NCBI GenBank assembly: GCA_951406725.2
Contig: OX597814.1
Span: forward strand, 77,624,001-77,688,000
Origin: Octopus vulgaris
Lineage: Eukaryota
Length of the DNA stretch: 64,000 nt
Direction: 5' to 3'
Below are positions 1-12,117 of this stretch, piece by piece. A model generated the notes under the pieces. That model did no database searches, was not told the DNA's origin, and saw nothing but the letters and a program-made list of their open reading frames with translations. Positions within the stretch are counted from its first letter, which is position 1, and each line of letters opens with the position of its first letter. The position numbers were made by a program, and so were the translations under genes.

Positions 1-1229
1 TTGGGATTCTTTTCACAGCTGAAAACAGAGTTAAGTGATCCATCAACTTCTAGAGAAAGTCAGCTTCCAAAGGCTTGTTCATTCACTTCAATTCAACTTG
101 GCCAGCTAGTGGTGAAGTTTTGTATATGAATAACATTAATCATATTGAAAATATAAGTGGTGGTAGGGAACATAATCAATAAGTTTCATTATACTGAGAT
201 AATTTATATTTAGATGAAGGCAAAATATCACAGCCATGATAAAAAATCTTACATTTTCATGAGTCAAAGGAACCTCTAAGTAGTCATTCGCCTTGTTAGG
301 AATATAGCCAAATTTACTTCAAATCACATTGTGCTGTCTTAAAAAAAGGATACATTGGATAATGTAGTCCTAAATAATGGCTTGGTCATGGCTAGAATGT
401 CTTTAATAATAAGTCCAATCGATTAGAACTAACGTGGGGCTAAACACTGATATTGAATGTAATGGTATATGTATACATGAGTAATAAAAATAAAATGATT
501 TAATTATAAGGGGAATAAGTATTTGAGTGGTTCTAAAGATTTGTTCTAATTTATGATGTTTGTAGCATTTGTAAAACTACTTTCAAGTATTTGATGCAAA
601 GTAAAGAAAATTAGGGACAAGTCAAAATTTCACCATATGATTATAAGAAAAGTTTCAACTTAAGAATTGTATGAAAATTGTTATCAGTTTTGATGATACA
701 TGTACAGTTTTAGTAATAAATAAATTTTACTTTTCTCTCATCTCTGTTTGCCATTGAACAGGTAAACAATTGTTATTTCTCTGTTGAAAGAATGTGGAGT
801 GAATTATTCCAGACACTGAAATTAAAAGGAAAGAAAATATTCAATAAAGAGAAAAAGCATTGAATAAGTAATCCTTTTGGTGTATGCTATGATATGCCAA
901 CTAATCAAGAGAAATTCCTTAATTCTGTTAGTGGTTTTAGTTATTGAACTGGGGTCATGCTGGAACACTATCTTCATGGGTTTTAGTCAATCATATCGGT
1001 TTTAGTTTTGACACAAGACCAGCAAGGGCAGGGGGTAAGTTGATAACGGTGATCCCAGTGCTTTACTAATATTTATTTTATTAACCCTGAAAGGATGAAA
1101 GGCAAAATCAACCTTGGCAGAATTTGAACTCACAAGGTAAAGATGGATGAAATGCCACTAAGCATTTTGCCCAGTGTGCTAACAATTCTGTCAACTCGCC
1201 ACCTTGATTTAGTCAATCAGAGCAACCCC

Positions 1230-1446
1230 AAGGCAGCAAGCTGGCAGAATTGTTAGTGTGCTGGGTGAAATGTTTAGCAGTATTTCATGTGCCACTATGT
1301 TCTGAGTTCAAATTTCACCGAGGTCGACCTTTACCTTTCATCCTTTTGGGGTCGATAAAATAAGTACCAGCTGAAAACTGGGGTCGATGTAATCAACTAG
1401 TCCCTTCCTGCTAAATTTCAGGCCTTGTGCCTATAGTAGAAAGGAA
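1230..1446 (+). repeat. tRNA-derived SINE family A (representative copy)
   Basis: GCTGGCAGAATTGTTAG (A-box-like), GAGTTCAAAT (B-box-like), core CCTTTCATCCTTTTGGGGTCGATAAAATAAGTACCAG. Other copies at ~1000-1205(-), 11140-11355, 12422-12576, 14490-14700, 23760-23978(-), 26630-27500(- cluster), 43915-44138(-), 44452-44670 and 46354-46505. Confidence 0.8.
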
Positions 1447-2108
1447 AGGAATCATAACAATCACATGATTTATTTCAGTCTGACTGTTATTTTATTGCTT
1501 TCTATTTATCAAATTGCTCAGTTACATTTATGACATAAAAAGATACAACTTAATGTACCAGCTTACATCAATAAAGACATACACACACATTTGGTGATGG
1601 CAACCAACCTTTTGATCAAACCAAAGAAACTATGTTCCCATTAAGATTTTTTTTTTATTCCATTGTGGACACTATCTATCAACAGCAACATGTGACAGAT
1701 ATGTACCATCATTTTTTTCCCCTTGGTGACATAAGGCTGGGTTTGAGCTCGGAAAACACTAAGACACTGATACTGATAAGTGCTGCCAATTCCTTTCATT
1801 AATTGCTCTAGACTGGTACATTCTTTATTCATCCTGAAAGGATGAAAGGCAAAGATGACATTGGTGTACTTAGACCTCAAAATGTAGAGAGTTTACTGTC
1901 AGTATCTATGACTCAAATGTCTTTACCAATTTGCCTTTTATACAGCCACACACATGTTGATCTATATAGAGATATGTGTATGAGTGTATGTATGTATGTG
2001 CATGTGTATATATATGTGTGTGTGTATGTATGTATATATATATGTGTGTGTGTGTGTGCATATGTGTATACATGTATGTGTGTGTATATATGAGTGTGTA
2101 CATATCTA

Positions 2109-3348
2109 CAGGGGTTGGACAGAATAATGGAAACACCTAGCATCATAATTCTGAAACATCTATAAAACCATCAAAAGCTTGTTTATTTTTATGTTTTTTT
2201 ATTTACTATTAGTGTTGCTTAATATGTTTTGCTACAATTACTATTTCTTTTCAGATCATCATAAGAAAAAGGTAATTAAAATTCATTAAAATGACAAATC
2301 TATCAAACTTTCACAGAAGTCAAATTTTTGGCACTTGTATGGCAGGCGCAAGTGTAACGAAAACAGCTGAAATGTTTGGTGTATCAAGAAGTACTGTCTC
2401 AAAAGTAATGACAGCCTTTGAGAATGAGGGAAAAACCTCCTTATCGAAACAAAACTCTGGAAGAAAATCAAAACTTTCATATAGAGACTGTCAGATGCTT
2501 AATGCAAATTGTTAGAAAGGATTACAAAAGTACAGCTCCCAAAATTACTGCAGAGCTTAATGACCACCTCGAGAACCCAGTTTCCACAAAAACTGTTTGC
2601 CGGGAGCTGCACAAAGCCAGACTTCACGGGAGGGCTGCAATCAGAAAATCATTACTTTCAAACACAAACATTGCAAAGTGTTTAGAGTGGAGTGAAAACC
2701 TGCAGAATTGGTCCCTAGAGCAGTGGAAGAATGTTATTTTCTTAGACGAGTCATCCTTTACTCTATTTCTGACCACCAGCCGAGTATACATATGGAGACA
2801 GCCAAAAGAAGCATTTGACCCAGACTGCCTTCTTCCAACTGTTAAATATGGAGGAGGATCTGTGATGATCTGGGGGGCTATATCTTGGAAATCTGCTGGC
2901 CCAATGGTTTCCCTTCATGGCAGAATTAATAGTCAAGACTATAGAAGCATTTTATCTGATCAAATTCATCCTATGGTGGCGGAACTGTTTCTGGAGGGTA
3001 ACGCAATCTTTCAGGATGATAATGCACCAATTCACACAGCTAAAGTTGTTACTGAATGGTACGAGGAACATCTTACCTGGCCACCACAGTCCCCAGATTT
3101 CAATATTATTGAACATTTATGGTGCATTTTAGAAAAACAAGTAAGGAGTCGATATTCTCCACCATCATCACTACAAGAACTGGAGACTGTTTTAGCAGAA
3201 GAAGGGACAAAAATTCCTTTGAAAGCAATTCAAACTTTGTACAAGTCCATACCTCGTAGAATTCAAGCTGGCAAAGGTGGTACTACCCCATATTAAAATA
3301 AATTTGTCTGAAATTTTAAGGTGTTTCCATTATTTTGTCCAGCCCCTG
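2109..3348 (+). mobile_element. Tc1-family DNA transposon, near full length (1240 bp), defective
   Basis: 30-bp TIRs CAGGGGTTGGACAGAATAATGGAAACACCT (2109-2138) and 3319-3348 with 2 mismatches; TA on both flanks (2107-2108, 3349-3350); encloses a transposase. Confidence 0.95.
2291..3296 (+). pseudogene. Tc1 transposase with frameshift near 2500
   Basis: ORF 2291-2515 gives an HTH-like N-terminus (AEMFGVSRSTVSKV). ORF 2418-3296 gives FLDES, VKYGGGSVMIWG, FQDDNAPIH and WPPQSPDFNIIEHLW, the DDE motifs. Confidence 0.92.
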
Positions 3349-3380
3349 TATATGTAAGTTTGTGCATGTGGTTGTGTGTG

Positions 3381-3411
<31 letters not shown>

Positions 3412-3446
3412 ATGAATGTATGTGTATATACATATATATATATATA

Positions 3447-6240
3447 TTGCCTGGGAAGGTTATAAGTGCCAAAAACTTCCCAGGCAAAGAATGAACCCCA
3501 TAACATAGACTAGTAGTTAGTGACTTCAGGATCAGGGCTAAATGGAATTACTAGCATGGAGGAGAAGGGTCTGGAAGCTTAAAGATCTTGCGAATGGACA
3601 AAGATTTAGAGACGTATTACTTGAAGCCTTTGGCGAAAAAATTTGCCAATGTTTTGCGCTGTGAGGACCAAAGACTTGAGGTATTTCATGTTGCAAGACA
3701 GTGTGTGAAAGAGAATCGTGATGTTATAGGAGAAAAATGTGTCCGCATGGATGATAGTTCACTTGCATTAAATGAGGCTGTAAAGAGAGAGGTGTGCAGA
3801 CACCACTATGAAAGGTTACTCAATAAAGAGAATGAATGAGAGAAAGAAAGTCTGGTGAATGCGACCCAACAGAGGGACCAGCTATCTGAATTGACAGTAC
3901 TTTGGTAGCTAAAGCAATTAAGGGTATTAAGATAGGGAAAGCCTCCAGCCTATTAAGAATCACTGCAGAGATGCTCAAAATATCTGGTGGTGTCAGCTAT
4001 AGCCTAGTCACCCGTATAGTTAACCAGGTGATACATGGAGTCATACCCAATGACTGTTGTGGCAGCACCATAGTCAACTGTTACAAAGGTAAAAGTGATG
4101 CTTTAGTTACAAATAATTACAGAGGTATCAAGTTGTTGGATCAGGTAATGAAGGTCGGAGAGGATCATTGCCAAACTAATTAGGGAGAGAGTCAGTCTAA
4201 ATGCAATACAGTTTGGGTTCATGCCAGGGAAAAGCACCACTGATGTTATATTTCTGGTAAGACAGTTGCAAGAGAAATATCTAGCCAAAGATAAACCTCT
4301 GTACCTGGCTTTCATTGACATGGAGAAAGCCTTTGACAGGGTCCCCCGATCCCTTATCTGGTGGTCAATGAAGAAACTAGGGATAGATGAATGGTTAGTG
4401 AGAGCTGTGCAAGCCATGTACAGGGATGCTGTCAGTAAGATGAGGGTTGGCAACAAGTACAGTGAAGAATTCCGAGTAGAGGTAGGGGTCCACCAAGGAT
4501 CAGTCCTCAGCCCCCACCCTATTCATCATAGTCCTCCAGGCAATAACAGAGGAATTCAAGACAGGATGTCTCTGGTAGCTCCTCTGTGCTGATGACCTTC
4601 CTCTAATTGCTGAGTCACTATCAGAACTAAAGGAAAAGTTTCAGGTGTAGAAGCAAGGATTAGAATTGAAGGGCCATAGAGTCAACCTAGCTAAAACCAA
4701 AACCAAAGTCTTAATAAGTAGGAAGGCAGACAAACCACAAATCCCTTCAGGTAGAAGGCCCTGCTTGATCTGTAGAAAAGGCGTAGGTAGAAACTCCATA
4801 AGATGTACCCGGTATAAGCTAGTTTTTGTATGTAGCAGATGCTCAGGTGCTATAAACACAGAAAATATGCAGAGAACAGCTTCTGTCACATTCCAGTGAG
4901 GAAAACTAGCTTCCGTTACCTAGGGGACCAAGTCAGTAGCAGGGGTGAATGCTCTGAAAGTGTCGCTGCTAGAATAAGAATAGCCAGGACAAAGTTCAGA
5001 GAGCTCCTACCTCTGCTGGTGACAAAGGGCCTCTCGCTCAGAGTAAAATGTGTGCGTACATGCTACATAGCAGTGAAGCATGGGCTGTGACTGCTGAGGA
5101 CATGTGTAAACTTGCAAGGAATGAAGGCAGTATGCTCCGCTGTATGTGTAATGTCAGTGTGCACACATGACAAAGTGTAAGTGCCCTGAGAGAAAAGTTG
5201 AAGCATCAGATGTGGTGTGCAAGAGAGACGACTGTGCTGGTATGTTCATGTGTTGCGAATGAATGAGGACAGCTGTGTGAAAAAGTGTCACACCCTAGTG
5301 GTTGAGAGAACCTGTGGAAGAGGTTGATCCAAGTTTTCCTGGGATGGGGTGGTGAAGCATGACCTTCGAACATTGGGCCTTACTGAGGCAATGACTAGTG
5401 ACCAGGACCTTTGGAGATATGCTGTGCTTGAGAAAACCCAACAAGCCAAGCGAGACCATAACCCATAGCCTATGCTAGTGAGTGTAACCAGCCCATTTAT
5501 GAATGCCCCCTCATTCATTGGACAATAAACCTTGCTTGTAAAGACCTATTTAAGCAAGTGAAATCAAAATCAAAATCAAAATTGCTGACATGGCTGACGA
5601 CAGTACCGCCTTACTGGCACTCATGTCAATGGAATGTTAAAAGCACATCCGAACGTGGGGTGTAGCCGGCCCACTTATGAGTACCCCTCATTCATTAGAC
5701 AATGAACTTTGCTTGCAAAGACCTATTGAGGCAAGTGTAAACAGATCAAAGTTGCTGACGTGGCCAATGATAGTACCGCCTGATTGGCACTCGTGCCAGT
5801 GGAACGTTAGAAGAAGCATATCCAAGTGTGATTGTTGCCAGGGCCATGGATTGGCTCCCGTGCCAGTGACATGTGAAAAGCACCATTCGAGCATGATCAT
5901 TGCCAGCATCGCCTTACCAGCACATGTGCCAGTGGCACATGAAAAACAACATTTGAGCCAGTGCCACCGGACTGGCTCCCATGCATGTAGCATGTGAGAA
6001 CACCTTTTGAGCGTGGTCATTGCTAGAACAGCCTGATTGACCCTCGTGCTGGTGGCATGCAAAAAGCACCTACTACACTCTCAGAGTGGTTGGCATTAGG
6101 AAAGGCATCTAGCTGTAGAAACTTTGCCAGATCAGATTGAGCCTGGTGCAGCCTCTGGCTCACCAGTTCTCAGTCAAACCATCCAACCCATGCCAGCATG
6201 GAAAGCAGACATTAAACGATATGATGATGATGATGATGAT
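3447..6240 (+). mobile_element. RTE-clade LINE, 5'-truncated and decayed, with 3' UTR and (GAT)n tail
   Basis: RT motifs NYRGIKLL, GFMPGKSTTD, FIDMEKAFDRVPR, GVHQGSVLSP, CADD (YADD position) and FRYLGD across broken ORFs 3588-5090; ends GACATTAAACGATATGATGATGAT at ~6240. Confidence 0.9.
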
Positions 6241-6249
6241 ATATATATA

Positions 6250-6428
6250 GGTGCAGGCGTGGCTGTGTGGCAAGAAGCTTGCTTCCCAACCACATGGTTC
6301 CAGACTCAGTCCCACTGTGTGACACCTTGGGCAAGTGTCTTCTACTATAGCCTCAGGCCAATCAAAGCCTTGTGAGTGGATTTAGTAGATGGAAACTGAA
6401 ACAAGCCTGTCGTATGTATATGTATATA

Positions 6429-6474
<46 letters not shown>

Positions 6475-6697
6475 TATATATTTGTATTTGCGTGTCTGTG
6501 TTTGCCCCTTGACTATTGCTTGACAACCAATGTTGGTGTGTTTAATTTCCCTATAACTTAGCAGTTTGGCAAAAGGGTCCGATAGAATAAATACTAAGCT
6601 TACAAAGAATAAGTCCTGGGGTTGATTTGTTCAACTAAAGGTGGTGCTCCAGCATGGTCACAGTCAAATGACTGAAACAAGTAAAAGAATAAAAGAA
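6250..6697 (+). repeat. tRNA-derived SINE family B with internal (TA/TG)n microsatellite (representative copy)
   Basis: GGCTGTGTGG...CCTTGGGCAAGTGTCTTCTACTATAG...[microsatellite]...CAGCATGG...ACTGAAACAAGTAAAAGA. Other copies at ~28505-29010, 35425-35585(-), 37188-37570(-), 40925-41530(-), 43545-43910(-), 44830-45040(-) and 55828-56850(-). Confidence 0.8.
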
Positions 6698-6933
6698 TAT
6701 ATTTGTATGAGTGTATATACCTCCCTTTGCATGTATATGTATGTGCATAATCATACTTACTGTATGTTCAGGCAGAAAAATATGTATATGTGTGTGTGTG
6801 TGAGAGAGAGAGACCTTGTAGATAGTTATCAGCCTTGAAGATATATCAAAATATTTAAACCTTAAACAAATGCACCAAATTAAGATTCTGTTCTGATTCT
6901 CTAGAATCCACATTATCATCGCAACATAAAATA

Positions 6934-9393
6934 TGTAGTGACGCTATACAGCGGCGCATGCGCGAAGCACCGGAAGTAGGACCATTTGCCTATGTGGCAG
7001 TTAGCCGAGGCAAGGGGATCGTAAGACGTTGACTACCAGCGTCCAGCAAGCAGCGACCGAGGGCAACGGACGTATATTTTCTCGCTGTCCATTTTTGATA
7101 GCAGTCGGCCGAAGGCTTTAACCAAATTGTTGCAGACAACATCATCTTCCTCTTTCCAGACGCCATCTTTGACCAGTGTCGTTAGCATTTGAACACTGTA
7201 GATTCTCCAGCGATATAGTTCAGCTCTGACACATCTATACCAAAGGGATACCCAGATATACCACTTATTTGTTACTGTCATAAGAGAATAAAGTAGATAT
7301 ATATTATTTACGTCTGCGTCTTGTTGTTTCTGACTGGTAGAGAATCTGGATTATTAAAGCAACGGAAAGTGATTGCTTCTCGCACCCCCAAAAGGTCCAG
7401 AGAAGATATTCACACTTTCGTTACACTGGTGACCCCGACGTGATTCTGGTCTAAAACCGGAGATCACTTAACAACAAAGAAATCCAGTTTTTCTGCTAGG
7501 TCGGAACACGATTTAACTCTACGCAGTCATCATCTTTCGACGATTTGTTTCCGGTCCCCTCGGACAGTTATAGAAGGAGCCTTTTTTATTCTTCAACATA
7601 ATGACGGACGCCATCATATCATCGATGCTTTTTCTCTGCCTTCGTCATCATCATCGTCGTTATCTTCGTCGCCATCACCACTAAGAACAATGTTGTCTCA
7701 AGTCCACACTACAGTCGCCTTCCACCACCACCGTCGCCTTTCAACACCGTCGATCTCCACAAGATGTACATAGCAACTCGCGGAACTTTAGCTTTCATGC
7801 TGTTCGTGCATAGCGTGCCAAGAATTAACAGCCCAGCACTATCTGCGAGATTCTTCTGTTCCAGTTAACCTGTCACAGCATTGAAGCCACAACCGTTACA
7901 CGATATGTGTCCAATCGGCATCTGCATTTGTGAACTCAACATTCTGTTACAGAACGAACTGCTATTGTGCATCAGGCTATTACAGACTGGTAAATTAACT
8001 CCATTGTCTGAAATAGCCCTGAGAGACATTTTTTCTTTGCGCTGTATTTTTATTTTTGCTCGCATTCACCTTGTATGTATTTCTGTCGCACACACGTACA
8101 CACACATAAATGCTATCTCTCTCACATACATACGTCACACATGCTTTTCTCGCTTGTTTTTTCCATGCTAAATTTGCCTTTTATGGACACACCTCATTTC
8201 TATAGACCCTAGGGGTCATGTATACATAGAGAGGGTTGTTTGTCCATTATAACGCGCCAGCATGTCACACTTTGTTCCTGCACGAACGAGGCATATAATC
8301 GCTCAACCACTGGCATATTCATTGCTGTTTTTCGGTCTGGCAAGCCCTATTGCATTTCATGCACCTTTGCTCCGCACGTGTACTGCCTTGTTTTTGCAAC
8401 ACGTTTGCGTTAGCTTAATTCTTTTCCCTGTTAGACCCCTGTTGGTCATGTAATTAACAGAGAAAATTATCTGTGTCGTGCATCACACCAGCATGCTTGC
8501 ACTGTCGCTTTTTGTGTTACTAGCGATCTATCTGTCGATTCCATTTCCTCTCCTGCAGCAATTGATTTAACTGCTATTTCGCAGGATCAACCACCTTTAG
8601 AGAAGTTGGATTTTAATTTTGCCTAGGTTCATTAACTGTGAGTTTGCTTTCCTTCCGCTGGTCAGCGGAAGGCTCTTTACTTTGTGACGTATCCACCTTC
8701 ACGCATGCACCTTTGATCTTTGCTCATTTTGAGTATTTTTTTTTCCTTTTGGTAAATTTCTTGTGTATGATGTAAATTTTGCCATTTTTATTATATTGTG
8801 TGCTATTTTGTTATCTGGTATCCACCTTGAGTTTTATAGTCACTACAAGGAATTTTGTGTCGTGCTTCGCACTGGGGTGGAGCTCTGTAGTGACGCTATA
8901 CAGCGGCGCATGCGCGAAGCACCGGAAGTAGGACCATTTGCCTACGTGGCAGTTAGCCGAGGCAAGGGGATCGTAAGACGTTGACTACCAGCGTCCAGCA
9001 AGCAGCGACTTGAGACAAAGCGACCGAGGGCAACGGACGTATATTTTCTCGCTGTCCATTTTTGATAGCAGTCGGCCGAAGGTTTTAACCAAATTGTTGC
9101 AGACAACATCATCTTCCTCTTTCCGGACGCCATCTTTGACCAGTGTCGTTAGCATTTGAACACTGTAGATTCTACAGCGATATAGTTCAGCTCTGACACA
9201 TCTATACCAAAGGGATACCCAGATATACCAATTATCTGTTACTGTCATAAGAGAATAAAGTAGATATATATATTTTACGTCTGCGTCTTGTTGTTTCTGA
9301 CTGGTAGAGAATCTGGATTATTAAAGGCAATGGATAGTGATTGCTTCTCGCACCCCCAAAAGGTCCAGAGAAGATATTCACTAGTTCGTTACA
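6934..9393 (+). mobile_element. Non-autonomous LTR retroelement (Ty3/gypsy, probably CsRn1-type)
   Basis: TG...CA LTRs at 6934-7425 and 8886-9393; 4-bp TSD AATA (6930-6933, 9394-9397); PBS and purine-rich tract present; no gag/pol ORF inside. Confidence 0.93.
7427..7444 (+). promoter_or_regulatory. Primer-binding site complementary to tRNA-Trp 3' end
   Basis: TGGTGACCCCGACGTGAT one base after the 5' LTR, complementary to ...AUCACGUCGGGGUCACCA of eukaryotic tRNA-Trp. Confidence 0.88.
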
Positions 9394-10673
9394 AATATAA
9401 CCCCGATTACAAGCAAATGAGATCTAAGTGTTCCTTTCACTTATTAGAGATAGGAACCAAATCTCCCTCAAATCACTCCCTATCATCTCTGAAATTGAAA
9501 AGTACAATGAGCATTTTAGTTCCTGATATACAAAAAGGCACCATAACGACAGCTGAAACACCTTTAATAATGAATCACCTCAATCAGAGGTGACCTGGAG
9601 CTAAATAACAACAACAGCAACAATATAATAAACCCTGTTCAAAGATTCAGTATCATGAGTAAAACCTTGCCTAAATGATTGAAAATGAAGGATGTTCTCA
9701 GAATGCTGAACTGTTTGGACAAGATGACAAAGGACCCAGATACCTGATACCTTGCTATACTCAAGAAGATCAATCCCCCATAGAAGAAGTGTCATGGCTG
9801 AATCCGTTGGTGAAGAGGATTGGCCTGCAAGAATCCTGTGCTGGTGCCACATAAAAAAACACTTGTACTGGTGCTGCATAAAAAATACTCATGCTCAGTG
9901 AGAGCGCTCATGCTGATGACACATTAAAAGCACCTAGCACACACTGATTCATGTTAGGAAGAGCATCCAGCTGTAGAAATTGGGCCAAATCAGACTGGAA
10001 TCTGGTGCAGCCCACCATCCTGCCAGCTCTGGTCAAACTGTCCAACCCATGCCAGCATGGAAAACAGACCTTAAAGGATGATGATGTGATGATGATTTGC
10101 ATGGAAAGAGTTTAAATATGATTTGCTCACCAATATCCTGTAAAGCTGTTCCTAATGTCAGGAAAGCAACAGATATACTGATCACAATAAAGATTTCAAT
10201 TAGTGTAGAGATCCAGGCATATTCTTGGTATCTTTGTTTTATAAGCTGAAATAATAATAAAAAAATGCATTATGCTTGCTAAAATGAAAAAAAAAATCTG
10301 CTGCACTAAACTAAATTCTCTGTTATCAACAGAAATAAAGTGAACAAACTTTTAATGCTTTAGCATTCAAAGCAGCCATGTCCAACCGAAATAATCTGTT
10401 TTATGTCTACACTGACCAAATCTGATCTTTCACACCTCTTCTACAATGTCATTTAAAAAATATACAATCACATCATGAAAATCTCAAAGATACAAGATAA
10501 TGCATGGTTAATTCAAAACAATGTGAAAAAAATAAGCACTACATTTGACAGAATAATCTAAATGCGAAAGCAATAAATCAGTTACACGAAAAATTTTCAC
10601 AGCAGTTTGCTATGGAGAAAATACTTGCTTTTGGCAACAGGTTTCAAAACACCATCAATTATTGAACCCTCAA

Positions 10674-10719
10674 GTAGACCATTAAATGCATGTATAGCTC
10701 TTTCTGCTATCATCAGTAC
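10674..10719 (-). ncRNA. Degenerate hammerhead ribozyme motif (same family as 11419-11469)
   Basis: Minus strand GTA-CTGATGA-TAGC(agaaaga)GCTA-taca...GTC-TAC; GAAA is mutated. The repeat ~10590-10735 is an inverted homologue of ~11378-11553. Confidence 0.5.
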
Positions 10720-10743
10720 AAGATGACTTTGGAAACTATAGAT

Positions 10744-10983
10744 CAGAGGTTCTCAACCAAGTTTTGTCTGTGGACCCCTTTGAGTCCTATTTTGCTCAGG
10801 TGGACCTTCATAGCCGTATCCTATCATATTTTTATAATTAAATATTATTAGGAATTGTATAAAAAATTGTTAAAATATTTTGTGTATTGTGGAAATATAA
10901 CCAATTTATTGCATTTAAATGTTAACTACAAAAAATCTTATTTGCACCTCCAAAAGCCATATTTTCTTGGTTGAGAACCACTA
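10744..10983. mobile_element. hAT/Charlie-type MITE
   Basis: Ends CAGAGGTTCTCAACC ... GGTTGAGAACCACTA; degenerate 8-bp flanks CTATAGAT / TTGTAGAC resembling the NTCTAGAN Charlie target. Confidence 0.7.
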
Positions 10984-11418
10984 TTGTAGACCCTTTAATG
11001 AAAATCAGTAAATACTCTATTTCTGATAGATGTAATCAGCTGCCAGGCTGGAATAAATTATATATTGTACAGGCTTAGCAGTGTTATAAACTAAACAAAC
11101 TTTTAAATCTGTTCAAATGTGTTTGTAAATAGTTTTTATTGTGGTGAGCTGGCAGAATTGTTAGCACACTGGATAAAATGCTTAGCGGTATTTTACCTGT
11201 CACTACGTTCTGAGTTCAAATTCCACTGAGGTTGACCTTGCCTTTCATCCTTTTGGGGTCAATAAATTAAGTACCAGTGAAACACTGGTGTCGATGTTAT
11301 TGACTAGTCTCCTTGTCCCAAATTTCAGGCCTCATGCTTTTAGTAGAAAGGATTAATTTAGTATATAGGAAGCTAGGGCTTCCAAAGTTATCTCAGGGTT
11401 GTTTCTCTTGTGTAATAC

Positions 11419-11469
11419 CTGGTACTGATGATAGCCAAATAGCTAGAAATGCATTTATCAGTCCACCAG
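11419..11469 (+). ncRNA. Type I hammerhead ribozyme motif
   Basis: CTGGTA-CTGATGA-TAGC(caaata)GCTA-GAAA-tgcatttatca-GTC-CACCAG; stem II perfect, stem I 5/6, stem III weak. Confidence 0.7.
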
Positions 11470-12074
11470 AGGGTACCCTGAGAGGATTGATGGTGTTCTG
11501 ACACTTATTGCTCAAAGCGATAATTTTCTCTACAGCAAACTGCACGGAAAATTGCCTTTTTACTGGTCAAGTATGACGCAAACATATTTGAACTGATTTA
11601 AAAGGTCAACTTTGTTTTTCATTCTTCTGAGGTTCAATAAATAAAGTACTTGTTTAAGACAGGGTACTGGTGGAGTTGTTACAACATGAGATGGGATGCC
11701 TTGTGGTATTGTTCTGGCTCTTTGCATCCCAAGTTCAAGTCCTATTGTTGCTTATTTGGGTGGTAGTTTAACACCCTCATCTTGGGTGTCTTTATTAGAA
11801 TACATTCTGCTGCAAGCATTCAGGTCCAGCCTTTGGTCTGAGAATAGCCTCTTTCCTCCCTTTTACTTGTTGGGGTGGGGGTGGGGGCTGAAAAAATTCA
11901 AGGGCACTGCTCTTCTTCCTGAATAATTAAAGAGTAAACGAAAAAGAAAATGGACATAGGGGAAAATTAGTGTATAAAAATAAAAAAAAGATATCTTGTA
12001 AAGATTGATACTGTTAAAAGGTTTTGTCTCATGTAATGAAAAACATAAAAGAACTGAGTTAATCTTAAACTTAC

Positions 12075-12117
12075 CTTCACCAAAGGTGTTGTTGATATTT
12101 CACCATTACTTGCAGCT
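12075..12117 (-). CDS. Candidate small internal exon (AASNGEISTTPLVK) of an unidentified host gene
   Basis: Pyrimidine-rich acceptor ...ttttctttgttcaaattctgatgcag and strong donor AAG|GTAAGT; 43 nt with an open frame. Confidence 0.35.

Noticed and set aside
1230-1330. tRNA gene
   Set aside because: A/B-box-like SINE head without a cloverleaf; no true tRNA gene seen in the window.
1842-2146. HT/YI/CV-repeat ORFs here and at ~20000, 20500, 28600, 41800, 51700 and 59700
   Set aside because: Translations of dinucleotide microsatellites.
7033-9248. Duplicated ~85-aa ORFs at 7033-7281 and 8985-9248
   Set aside because: Antisense frames inside the two LTRs with no recognisable domain.
10596-10735. 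Protein-like minus-strand frame FQSHLVLMIAERAIHAFNGLLEGSII... as an exon
   Set aside because: It is an inverted copy of the hammerhead-bearing repeat at ~11378-11553.
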